A stretch of 23,245 nucleotides of DNA. Origin: Candidatus Moanibacter sp. (lineage in GTDB: Bacteria > Verrucomicrobiota > Verrucomicrobiia > Opitutales > UBA2987). Both the position numbers and the translations under genes were made by a program. Positions within the stretch are counted from its first letter, which is position 1. Each line of letters begins with the position of its first letter. Positions 8,582 through 16,136 of the stretch are shown piece by piece. The notes under the pieces were generated by a model. It saw only the letters and a program-made list of their open reading frames with translations. It was not told the DNA's origin and searched no databases. The DNA lies in NCBI GenBank assembly GCA_965215885.1, contig CBDCEW010000027.1:1-23245 (forward strand). The letters are read 5' to 3'.

Positions 8582-9283
8582 CTACTTCTCTTTCTTCCGC
8601 GTAAAGGGCACGAAACGCACCGGAACCAACCTTCGAGTCTTCATCTCGCCGCTCTCTTTCGTCACCATGACGAGGTTCTGCAATCCCCACTGCGGTCCAA
8701 TCGGGATGATCATCCGGCCCCCTTCTTTGAGCTGTTCGAAAAGGTGTGGAGGCACCTTCTCCGCGTTGGCCGTAACGATGATGATGTCAAATGGCGCCGC
8801 CTCCTTCCACCCGAAAAATCCATCTCCATCCTTGACGTGGACATTGTTGTAACCGAGGACTTTGAGCCGTGATTCTGACTCTCTCGCAAGCGCGGGGACT
8901 ATTTCGACGCTGTAGACTTCGCTAACGATCTCCGAGAGGATCGCCGCCTGGTATCCGGAGCCAGTTCCGATCTCGAGAACCCGATGATGCGGTTCGGGCT
9001 CCAACCTTTCAGTCATATATGCTACGATGTAAGGTTGGGAAATGGTCTGGCTGTGGCCGATCGGGAGGGGCCGATCATCATAGGCCTGCTTTTCAAGTTT
9101 CGACGGGACAAATTTATGTCGCTCAACCTTCCGCATCGCCCGGAGGGTTGCTTCGTGCTTGATCCCACGACCTTCAATTTGTGCATCGACCATTTGACGT
9201 CGAGCCTCTTCAAAATCAATGCTCCAGGCAATACCAGGGAGCAACACAAGAATATGCAAAAGAATCCAGCCGCCTACGGACAT
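8582..9283 (-). CDS. pcm: Protein-L-isoaspartate O-methyltransferase
   Basis: AY.D.PLPIG..QTISQPYIVA.M, VLEIGTGSGYQAAIL, GDG..GW...APFD.IIVT, VRFVP; hydrophobic N-terminal extension. Confidence 0.95.
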   Translation of the reverse strand: MSVGGWILLHILVLLPGIAWSIDFEEARRQMVDAQIEGRGIKHEATLRAMRKVERHKFVPSKLEKQAYDDRPLPIGHSQTISQPYIVAYMTERLEPEPHHRVLEIGTGSGYQAAILSEIVSEVYSVEIVPALARESESRLKVLGYNNVHVKDGDGFFGWKEAAPFDIIIVTANAEKVPPHLFEQLKEGGRMIIPIGPQWGLQNLVMVTKESGEMKTRRLVPVRFVPFTRKKEK

Positions 9284-9424
9284 ATTTCTCCCTCACCGAG
9301 ATTAAATTGGTTTCATAGAATAAACCCGCCACCCGAGCCAAGGTCAATGCAATCGACACGATTCTCCGAACTTGGACAGAAACATCCGTTTGAACCATGG
9401 GGAAGCCACGGGGTGGATTTCAAA

Positions 9425-9503
9425 CGGCAAAGAAGATCCCCACGGATGCAGTAGCCATCCCACTGTTCCTTGCGGTAATCAACGGATGAAGGAGGAAATC
9501 TCA
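9425..9503 (+). repeat. ~80-bp dispersed motif, copy 2
   Basis: Core GATGCAGTAGCCATCCCACTGTTCCTTGCGGT is identical to the copy at 12777, followed by GATGAAGGAGGAAA. Confidence 0.85.
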
Positions 9504-9584
9504 GCTGAGACTGTATTCGAGGTGGGGACTCGTACTCGCCGGCAGGCACGGTTGTATGGGGCGAAGCCCACCGTGGGGTAAATT

Positions 9585-9950
9585 CTAAGAAACAGCCTTA
9601 CGCACCATTTCGAAAAGTTCGGACACAGAGAAGGGTTTCTTGAGGGTACCAACGACCTCAAGTTCCTCGACCGTAGAAAGGACCTCTTCGCTTCCAATTC
9701 GACCGCCCCCGGAAATTGCGATAATCTTGATCTCCGGGTAGTCCTCGTTCAATTCCATAATAGTTTCAATACCCTCTTTCTCCGGCATGATGATATCGGT
9801 GATGACCAATTCGGGAGATTCTCTCTTCACGATTTCCATCGCTTCAAAACCATTCCCTGCTTCAAAAAGCTCATAGTCCCCTACATCCAGGATGTCGCGA
9901 ATACTTCGCCGGATGGGCTCCTCGTCGTCCACGATTAGAATCTTCTTCAT
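9585..9950 (-). CDS. Single-domain response regulator (CheY-like receiver)
   Basis: ILIVDDE, phosphoacceptor in TDIIMP, AISGG, KPF; AGGAG RBS upstream. Confidence 0.92.
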   Translation of the reverse strand: MKKILIVDDEEPIRRSIRDILDVGDYELFEAGNGFEAMEIVKRESPELVITDIIMPEKEGIETIMELNEDYPEIKIIAISGGGRIGSEEVLSTVEELEVVGTLKKPFSVSELFEMVRKAVS

Positions 9951-9987
9951 GATCTCCTCACTAAATCCTAAACACGATGGATTTCAC

Positions 9988-10359
9988 TTAGTCCATGTCT
10001 AACGCGCTGCGCACCATCTCGAGCAGCTTATCCGCATTAAAGGGCTTTTTTAATGTTCCGGCAATCTTCATTCCTTTCGCGAGCGAAAGAAACTCCTCAG
10101 GCGGTAGTAGACCACCTCCCGATATGGCAACAATATTTACTTCCGGATAGTCTCTCTGGATTTCGAAAATGGTCTCAATGCCCTCCTTCTCCGGCATGAT
10201 TATATCCATAAGGACGAGGTCCGGTCTTACCTTTTCCACAAGTTCAAGAGCCTCTTTCCCATCGCCCGCCTCCGAAACCTGGAAATCACTGCTCTCCAGG
10301 ACCTCTCGAATTGTGCCGCGCAACGGCGCTTCATCATCAACAACCAGGACTCGTTTCAT
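9988..10359 (-). CDS. Single-domain response regulator (CheY-like receiver), paralog of the adjacent gene
   Basis: Probable start is ATG 10359 (MKRVLVVDDE); MDIIMPEKEGIETI, AISGGG and LKKPF motifs. Confidence 0.9.
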   Translation of the reverse strand: MKRVLVVDDEAPLRGTIREVLESSDFQVSEAGDGKEALELVEKVRPDLVLMDIIMPEKEGIETIFEIQRDYPEVNIVAISGGGLLPPEEFLSLAKGMKIAGTLKKPFNADKLLEMVRSALDMD

Positions 10360-10596
10360 GATTCTTGTTTTGCCAAAAGGACTTTTGACTGATCCTGCGA
10401 ACGCCCGCGGAAGTCCCCCCGACAATGGATATTTATCCTCCATCCTAGGGATAACGATTAACCTCCCTTTGGCCAGTAAATTTGTCAAAAGTCTCCCGTA
10501 GCCGATTCTTCCTGAAACTTATCGATCGATCATCGCAAGAAACCCTTATGGAGAATCTTCGACTTTCTGATCTCGTAAAGCCCCTCCGACAGATTC

Positions 10597-10779
10597 CTAA
10601 CCGGGACATTTCACACACTTCGTAGCGAGACGGCGTAGATCGCTGTGTGTCAATGCATTTCCGTAGCACAGTGGGCGACAGCGTGTTGGGACCCTCTGAG
10701 GTCGCTGAGCAAGGGAAGGCATTGACACGCGGTGAGATCTGTCGTCGTAGCAGAAGGATTGTGAACTGTTCGGGTCAAG
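10597..10779 (+). other. ~180-nt imperfect rod-like inverted repeat (MITE-like or ncRNA candidate)
   Basis: Nested pairings CCGGGACATTTCACA/TGTGAACTGTTCGG, GACGGC..AGATC/GATCTGTCGTC, GCTGTGTGTCAATGC/GCATTGACACGCGGT and GCGAC/GTCGC. Confidence 0.65.
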
Positions 10780-10784
10780 AGCCC

Positions 10785-11162
10785 TCACACCATGGCAAGA
10801 TTCTCCAGTCTCACGATTTCCGCGTCTTTCCAGAGCGATTCCAGCCGATACTGCTCCCTGATTTCCGGGAGGAACAGATGGACCATGAAATCGAACGCGT
10901 CGATCACCATCCACCCGCTTTTGGGCGAGGCATCTACCCCGACCAGTTCAATACCCCTCTCCTTGACTGTCTTTTCGAGGTCGGTTCGCAAGGCCTTCAA
11001 ATGCGGCTCCGACTTGCCGCTGGCGATTATGAAATAGTCCGTGATCGACGATATACCTCGAAGATCCAAAATCAGCAATTCATCTGCCTTCTTTTCTTCC
11101 AGAGCCCGGCAACATGCCAGAATGTCATGAAATAGAATCTCCTCCCTATCCGTTTCAGTCAT
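10785..11162 (-). CDS. rsfS: Ribosome silencing factor RsfS (Iojap)
   Basis: ALEEKKA..L.ILDL..ISSITDYFIIASG.S..HLKAL, W.VID..D.MVHLF....R..Y.LE.LW; conserved position after nadD. Confidence 0.95.
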   Translation of the reverse strand: MTETDREEILFHDILACCRALEEKKADELLILDLRGISSITDYFIIASGKSEPHLKALRTDLEKTVKERGIELVGVDASPKSGWMVIDAFDFMVHLFLPEIREQYRLESLWKDAEIVRLENLAMV

Positions 11163-11169
11163 GTAGTCT

Positions 11170-11757
11170 CTATCGCCGATATAGATCGTGATCTTGGATA
11201 TACTCTAAGACTTTCGCCGGCAAAAACAAGTCAACTGGCAATTGTTTCTTGATACGCTTTCGAACTTCCGAAGAACTGATCGCCATCGCCTCGCATCGCA
11301 AAATGTGAATTCGCAGGCCTCTAATCGGTGGAGGGGTCACGGTAAAGCCCGGCCGTGGCAGGGTTACGAACTCAATAATCTCTACGAGCTCGTCGATCCT
11401 GTGCCACATAGGTAATTTCTCTACCTGGTCAGCTCCAATTATCCACAGTAATCGTTTCCGGTGATATTCCTCTCGGATCGCGGCCACGGTTTCGATTGTG
11501 TAGCTGACTCCGCTCCGGGCCAATTCCATTTCATCGATCCTGAAGCGACAATTCTCCTTCAGGGCCAGCCTCAGCATCTCTCGTCGATCTTCTTTGGATG
11601 CCTCCGGCTCTTCATCTTTCAGAGGACTCTGCGCCGTGGGAACAAATATGACCCTATCCAGGCCCAGCTGCTCGCAGACTGCCTCCGCCCCTCGAACGTG
11701 CCCGAGATGCACGGGGTCAAACGCCCCCCCGAAGAAAGCTGTTTTATACTTACCCAA
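11170..11757 (-). CDS. nadD: Nicotinate-nucleotide adenylyltransferase
   Basis: FGGAFDPVHLGH, SPLK, G.SYTIET, WIIGADQ...L..WH and ISSSEVR motifs. Confidence 0.95.
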   Translation of the reverse strand: MGKYKTAFFGGAFDPVHLGHVRGAEAVCEQLGLDRVIFVPTAQSPLKDEEPEASKEDRREMLRLALKENCRFRIDEMELARSGVSYTIETVAAIREEYHRKRLLWIIGADQVEKLPMWHRIDELVEIIEFVTLPRPGFTVTPPPIRGLRIHILRCEAMAISSSEVRKRIKKQLPVDLFLPAKVLEYIQDHDLYRR

Positions 11758-11933
11758 ACGAAGTACTCCAATTCATGAATACCATGAGAGTTCCCAGTCA
11801 ATTTATGAATTTGAGTACTAAGGGTATTCAGTTTATTTCCAATATTGAATATTAGAAATATACGCACCTGCATCTCAGGCTTGAACGATACACCCAGAAT
11901 TGGCGTATCGGAACTTCAGCGCCTCGGAATGCT

Positions 11934-12758
11934 GTGAAACCCATAGTGAATAGAAACATTAATCTGATCCTCAAAGGTATCGCTATCGGTGTGGCCAACA
12001 TCATACCCGGTGTCTCCGGAGGCACCATGGCGGTTATCCTCGGCATATACGAGAGCCTCATTGAAGCGATTGGAAACTTCCTCACCGACAGGAAACGCAG
12101 GTTTGAGTATATCCTCTTTCTTCTTCAGATAGCTATCGGCGCGGTGCTGGGAATTCTCCTCCTCGCCGGTCTCATCGATTATGCCTTAACTCACCACAAT
12201 CGTGTCACGATGCTCTTTTTTATGGGTCTGATTCTTGGGTCCATCCCGAGCGTACTGAAAATGCATCAATTCAACCCCATGCGCGCCGTCCATCTCGCTC
12301 TACTCACTTTTGGGCTTTTTTGTGTTCTCCTGCTCGGCAGTGGAGCCAACCACAACAGCGTCTCTCAAGAGCTCGGGAATACTCCTTACCTGCCGATGGT
12401 GTTCGTCGCCGCCGTTCTCGCCGGGGGCGCAATGATCGTTCCGGGGGTGAGTGGTTCGCTCATCCTCCTTCTTCTTGGTCAATACCACACCATCATACGG
12501 GCAATCAAAGAATTTGATATACCGGCGTTGGCTGTTACCGCGGCGGGTGCGATCGCAGGTATCCTGATTTTCGCAAGATTGATCTCTCACGCCGTAAAGT
12601 TTTTTCCACTGCATTCCCACGCCTTCATCGTCGGCCTCGTCGGCGGATCTATCGTGGTGCTCTACGAGGGATTCCCCGCTGGAACTCTCGGTATAATCAG
12701 TGGGTTTCTCTTATTCCAGGCCGGAGCCCTCCTCTCATTTTCCCTGGGAAACCGCTAG
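11934..12758 (+). CDS. DUF368 membrane protein (putative undecaprenyl-phosphate translocase)
   Basis: Duplicated motifs ANIIPGVSGGT.A.ILGIY and AMIVPGVSGS.ILLLLG.Y; multiple hydrophobic helices. The start codon (GTG 11934 or 11946) is uncertain. Confidence 0.88.
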   Translation: MKPIVNRNINLILKGIAIGVANIIPGVSGGTMAVILGIYESLIEAIGNFLTDRKRRFEYILFLLQIAIGAVLGILLLAGLIDYALTHHNRVTMLFFMGLILGSIPSVLKMHQFNPMRAVHLALLTFGLFCVLLLGSGANHNSVSQELGNTPYLPMVFVAAVLAGGAMIVPGVSGSLILLLLGQYHTIIRAIKEFDIPALAVTAAGAIAGILIFARLISHAVKFFPLHSHAFIVGLVGGSIVVLYEGFPAGTLGIISGFLLFQAGALLSFSLGNR

Positions 12759-12776
12759 CCCGCAGTTGAAGAGAAA

Positions 12777-12856
12777 TCGTAAAGAGTTAGCCCACTGATG
12801 CAGTAGCCATCCCACTGTTCCTTGCGGTGATCGAGCGATGAAGGAGGAAAGCTCAA
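12777..12856 (+). repeat. ~80-bp dispersed motif, copy 3
   Basis: TCGTAAAGAGTTAGCCCACTGATGCAGTAGCCATCCCACTGTTCCTTGCGGTGATCGAGCGATGAAGGAGGAAAGCTCAA. Confidence 0.85.
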
Positions 12857-12998
12857 CCTAGCAGCCTTATAGTCGGAACGATAATTGCAACTATACGTCA
12901 ACGAGTTGATTATGGGTTGATGAATAGATCAGGCTAAGGGCTTAATCTCTTCTTCATCTTGAAACCGCTAGGAATCTGTCAGACCCTCGGAGGAATGA

Positions 12999-13181
12999 AC
13001 ACTCCCCGTCCCGGCTTGCCGCGGACGGGGTATCTAACTCTTTCGGCATTTGTGCAGAACTTGCCTATGCTTTACTCGAAGTTGATACGAACGTCCCCGG
13101 AGGGGCCGATCCACCACTAGCATCCTTGCTACTGGTGGATCGGGCGCTCCGCGCACTATGACAATACAGTCAAGTCAGCGA
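12999..13181 (+). repeat. Dispersed repeat F, copy 1 (empty form)
   Basis: Aligns to 20534-20808: shared GTCCCGGCTTG(C/A)CGCGGACGGG.TATCTAACTC, GATCCACC..GGTGGATCGGGCGCTCCGCGCAC and AGTCAGCGA. Confidence 0.8.
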
Positions 13182-13216
13182 CCCCGTAGCAAGCTACGGG
13201 GAATTACCAAGTTAAA
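13182..13216. repeat. Solo IS200-type hairpin CCCCGTAGCAAGCTACGGGG-AATT
   Basis: Same GCAAGC centre, GGGGAATT flank and TTAAA end as the 98-bp elements; absent from the other copy of repeat F. Confidence 0.6.
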
Positions 13217-13326
13217 TTCGAATCATGATTTCTCCATTCACCATACTATCCCATAATGTCATTGCGAGGAAGAATGACGAAGCAATCCAGGCATACTATT
13301 CTGCACTGCGTCCCTCTATAAGGCTC

Positions 13327-14268
13327 TTAGTTCGCCAACGGCTCCCAGATATTGCCGAAAATCGAACGCAGGCGGGCCATATACTCCTCGGGAAGCGCCG
13401 GTCCGAGGACGGCTTCAATGTTCTCTTCGAGGTGCGCGAAATTTGCCGTTCCAGTAAGGACGGTGTGGATTGCAGGGTGAGCCGCCACATACTTGTAAGC
13501 GGCCGCGGGAACTGAGGAAACCTCCCCACCGACCAGCCAACCCAGCGGATTCTCTTCGGGCAGGGCATCCTCGTCGATAAGTCCACGCGATTTGGCATCC
13601 GCAATGCGTTCTTGCAGGTACTGCGGCCGACACAAAGCGAGCCGGACGGGCACCATGCAGATGACACCGGTATCACTTTCCATGCTTCGTGGAAGGATTT
13701 CATGTTCAGGTGTGGGGCTCATCAAATTATACCCGACCATGATCGTGTCGAAGAGATCATCCTCCAGCGCTTGTAAGAGTACTTCGTGTCGCGGATCCAT
13801 GCTGTAAGTCTCAGTTAATCCAAGAAAACGAAATTTTCCCGCATTTCTTAACTTTTCAAGGGTAGGCGCCAGGTTATCGCGTTCGGATGAATAATACTCA
13901 GGGAGCGGTCCATGAAACTGGAGAATGTCTATCGTGTCTACTTGCAGTCTCTCGAGACTATTTTCTACCGACGTGGCAAGTTTTTCAGGAGTGAATCCGC
14001 CATCCTTTCTTCCAGCGGGAAATTTGGTCGAAAGAATGTAGGAATCCCGAGGCTCACCCTTCAAGGCACGACCGAGAATGGATTCACTCTCCCCGTATCC
14101 TGCAGCGGTGTCGAAATAATTAATTCCTTTCGAGAGGGCATGTTGAACCAGCTTGTGAATATCGACCTCCGGTACCCCGGAATTTTGCCCAAATCGGCTG
14201 GGACCTCCAGTGCCGAGCCCAATTATAGAAACTTGCAGATCGGTCTTTCCTAGTCTTCGATACTTCAT
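13327..14268 (-). CDS. Aldo/keto reductase
   Basis: Probable start ATG 14268, MKYRRLGKTDLQVS.IGLGT; GINYFDTAAGYGESE.ILG, LSTK, SLERLQVDTIDILQFH. Confidence 0.92.
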   Translation of the reverse strand: MKYRRLGKTDLQVSIIGLGTGGPSRFGQNSGVPEVDIHKLVQHALSKGINYFDTAAGYGESESILGRALKGEPRDSYILSTKFPAGRKDGGFTPEKLATSVENSLERLQVDTIDILQFHGPLPEYYSSERDNLAPTLEKLRNAGKFRFLGLTETYSMDPRHEVLLQALEDDLFDTIMVGYNLMSPTPEHEILPRSMESDTGVICMVPVRLALCRPQYLQERIADAKSRGLIDEDALPEENPLGWLVGGEVSSVPAAAYKYVAAHPAIHTVLTGTANFAHLEENIEAVLGPALPEEYMARLRSIFGNIWEPLAN

Positions 14269-14390
14269 CAATACCTGTTCAGCGTGATGGCAATTGCCTA
14301 AATTCGATCTTGGAAGCAAGGGGTCAAGCCTTAGTCCTGCCGTACGGCAGGATTCGGGGTCAGCCGCGAATGGCGCTAAGATAAGCCCGA

Positions 14391-15854
14391 TTAACGACGA
14401 TTTTTGCCTTTGTTTCTGCGCGAGCGCGAGACTTTCATTTTCCCTCGCGGCTTCGTTAGTAATTGGTAAGGTTTCGGTCTTCGTTTGACCGCTCGTGGTT
14501 CGCTGCGGTGTTCTCGTAGTGGAACAGTCTCCTCGGCAATAATCAGAACCATCTCGTCAATGATGCGTTGTTGCTTTCGAGGCTGCTTGCGGGTGGCGTT
14601 CAGAGCGGTGCAGTACTGCCGAACGGTGTCGACCGTGCTCTTGAAGCTGAGCCGATGCAGGTCACGCTGATAGAGGGTGGCGGCGTGTTGCATGAGGGCG
14701 CGGATGAGATTATAGGCGATAAAGAACAGCTGGATTTCCTTACGCACCATTTCGGGAGTAAGGCAGCGTACCGTTTCCATCTTCATAGTCGTTTTAATGT
14801 CGCGAAAAAACAGTTCCACTGACCAGCGGCGGAAGTAGAGATCGGCCAGATCCTCTACGGTGTATTGGAGGGGGTCGGTAAAGGTGGTCACAAGATCGAT
14901 CTTTCGGGTACGGAATCCTTTGATCTGAACGAAGAAACGCACCATTCGCAGAGTCAGTTCGGCCGGTAATTGAGCCCATTCTTCCGGGCTGAACCCGTGC
15001 TGTCTCTGCGGTTTTTTCCAGGTCACCAGCCGATCGTATCGGCCCAGTGTTTGGCCGCTACGGAAGTCGCATTTGCGCCTTTGGTGCAGGCGCATGACCG
15101 CGTCCATTTGATGGTTTAGAAGCAGCCCCAGATTGGCATAAGAGCAATAACCGCGGTCGCACAGAACCACCTCTGCTTTTTTCAAATACCCAACGAATTT
15201 GCGCAAAATGCCGCTTTCATGGTTTTTTAAGGTGGTCTCGACACAGTGCAGCAAGGCCCCGCTGGCCAAACAGAAACAGCCCACCAGAAGCATGACGGGA
15301 AATCCGCACCCCTCTTTCTGCCCCCCGGGTTGGGGAAAGGCCCTCTGGTTCTGCTCGGTATCGGGCATACTGATCCCAGTACCGTCTATCACTCTGACCT
15401 CGTGCCCCTTCCACCGCTGCGCTTGCCTTACCTCCTTGTGTATCTGCTCGCTGACCTCTTCACCGATCTTTTGTAAGTCCTCTATACCTATGCGCTGACG
15501 TGCCTGGCAATAGGCCGAGGTGGAGGAACTGGGCAGGTTCAACTCCCGCTCACTACAGTAGCTCTGCACCTTTCTGACGACCTCCCGGCAGGCTGTCTGC
15601 GGGGAGAGCACCTGGAACAGAAAGCCCCAGAAGGTCGTTCTGAGTGAGTAGACTCGTTCCCGGCTGTTTTCTTTTTCGCTCTTGGGTTGCAAAACTCCCA
15701 GAGGAATCCACCGATCAAACAGATCCGACAACTCCGATAGAGTTGACTCTCTTAGATGAGCCAGTTTTTGCTTTAATTGTGCCAGGGCCGACTTAGGCGG
15801 GCGACCGCATAGAATGTGATTAAACCCAGGCAGGAATCTTGTCATATTTTTCAT
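14391..15854 (-). CDS. IS4-family DDE transposase
   Basis: SAYCQARQR, VIDGT, DRGY, Y..RW.VE..FR..K (YREK signature) and RSEPRAVKRRPK tail. Confidence 0.95.
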   Translation of the reverse strand: MKNMTRFLPGFNHILCGRPPKSALAQLKQKLAHLRESTLSELSDLFDRWIPLGVLQPKSEKENSRERVYSLRTTFWGFLFQVLSPQTACREVVRKVQSYCSERELNLPSSSTSAYCQARQRIGIEDLQKIGEEVSEQIHKEVRQAQRWKGHEVRVIDGTGISMPDTEQNQRAFPQPGGQKEGCGFPVMLLVGCFCLASGALLHCVETTLKNHESGILRKFVGYLKKAEVVLCDRGYCSYANLGLLLNHQMDAVMRLHQRRKCDFRSGQTLGRYDRLVTWKKPQRQHGFSPEEWAQLPAELTLRMVRFFVQIKGFRTRKIDLVTTFTDPLQYTVEDLADLYFRRWSVELFFRDIKTTMKMETVRCLTPEMVRKEIQLFFIAYNLIRALMQHAATLYQRDLHRLSFKSTVDTVRQYCTALNATRKQPRKQQRIIDEMVLIIAEETVPLREHRSEPRAVKRRPKPYQLLTKPRGKMKVSRSRRNKGKNRR

Positions 15855-15860
15855 ACAACA

Positions 15861-15889
15861 AGATTAGCCTACTAACGGTCATAGTACAA
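15861..15889 (-). promoter_or_regulatory. Putative sigma70 promoter of the IS4 transposase, possibly leaderless
   Basis: Minus strand TTGTAC-17 nt-TAATCT, ending 6 nt before ATG 15854; no SD sequence. Confidence 0.5.
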
Positions 15890-16136
15890 GCTTTTTACAT
15901 ATTTTTTACAATTATTTTTGGCTTATCTTAGCGCCATTCGGGTCAGCCGCCTTAGCAAATTGCCCGGAGCGTGACGCAGTCCCTGAGCTTTGTCGAAGGG
16001 CGATTTGCAAGGCCTGACCCCTTAAGCGAAGCTGAAAAACAGCAACTTCCTAAGGTCATGACCCCGAAGACCGCACAAATTTGCAAGAACTTTAAGACCA
16101 CCATAAGCAATCACGCTGAACTCGTACCTTCATCAC

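Larger units (their letters stand above)
14368..15939 (-). mobile_element. IS4-family insertion sequence (1572 bp), intact
   Basis: Perfect 20-bp terminal IR GAATGGCGCTAAGATAAGCC (14368-14387 / 15920-15939); 11-bp direct repeat GGGTCAGCCGC (14357-14367 / 15940-15950). Confidence 0.95.

Noticed and set aside
10360..10488. N-terminal extensions in the ORF track for the second response regulator (also for the aldo/keto reductase and the metallohydrolase)
   Set aside because: Family-typical N-termini and/or SD positions favour ATG 10359, 14268 and 18704.
10585..12983. Shared TAGGAATCTGTC(G/A)GA at 10586-10599 (minus) and ~12969-12983 as IS ends
   Set aside because: Only ~15 bp, pointing outward from each other, with no partner end or transposase identified.
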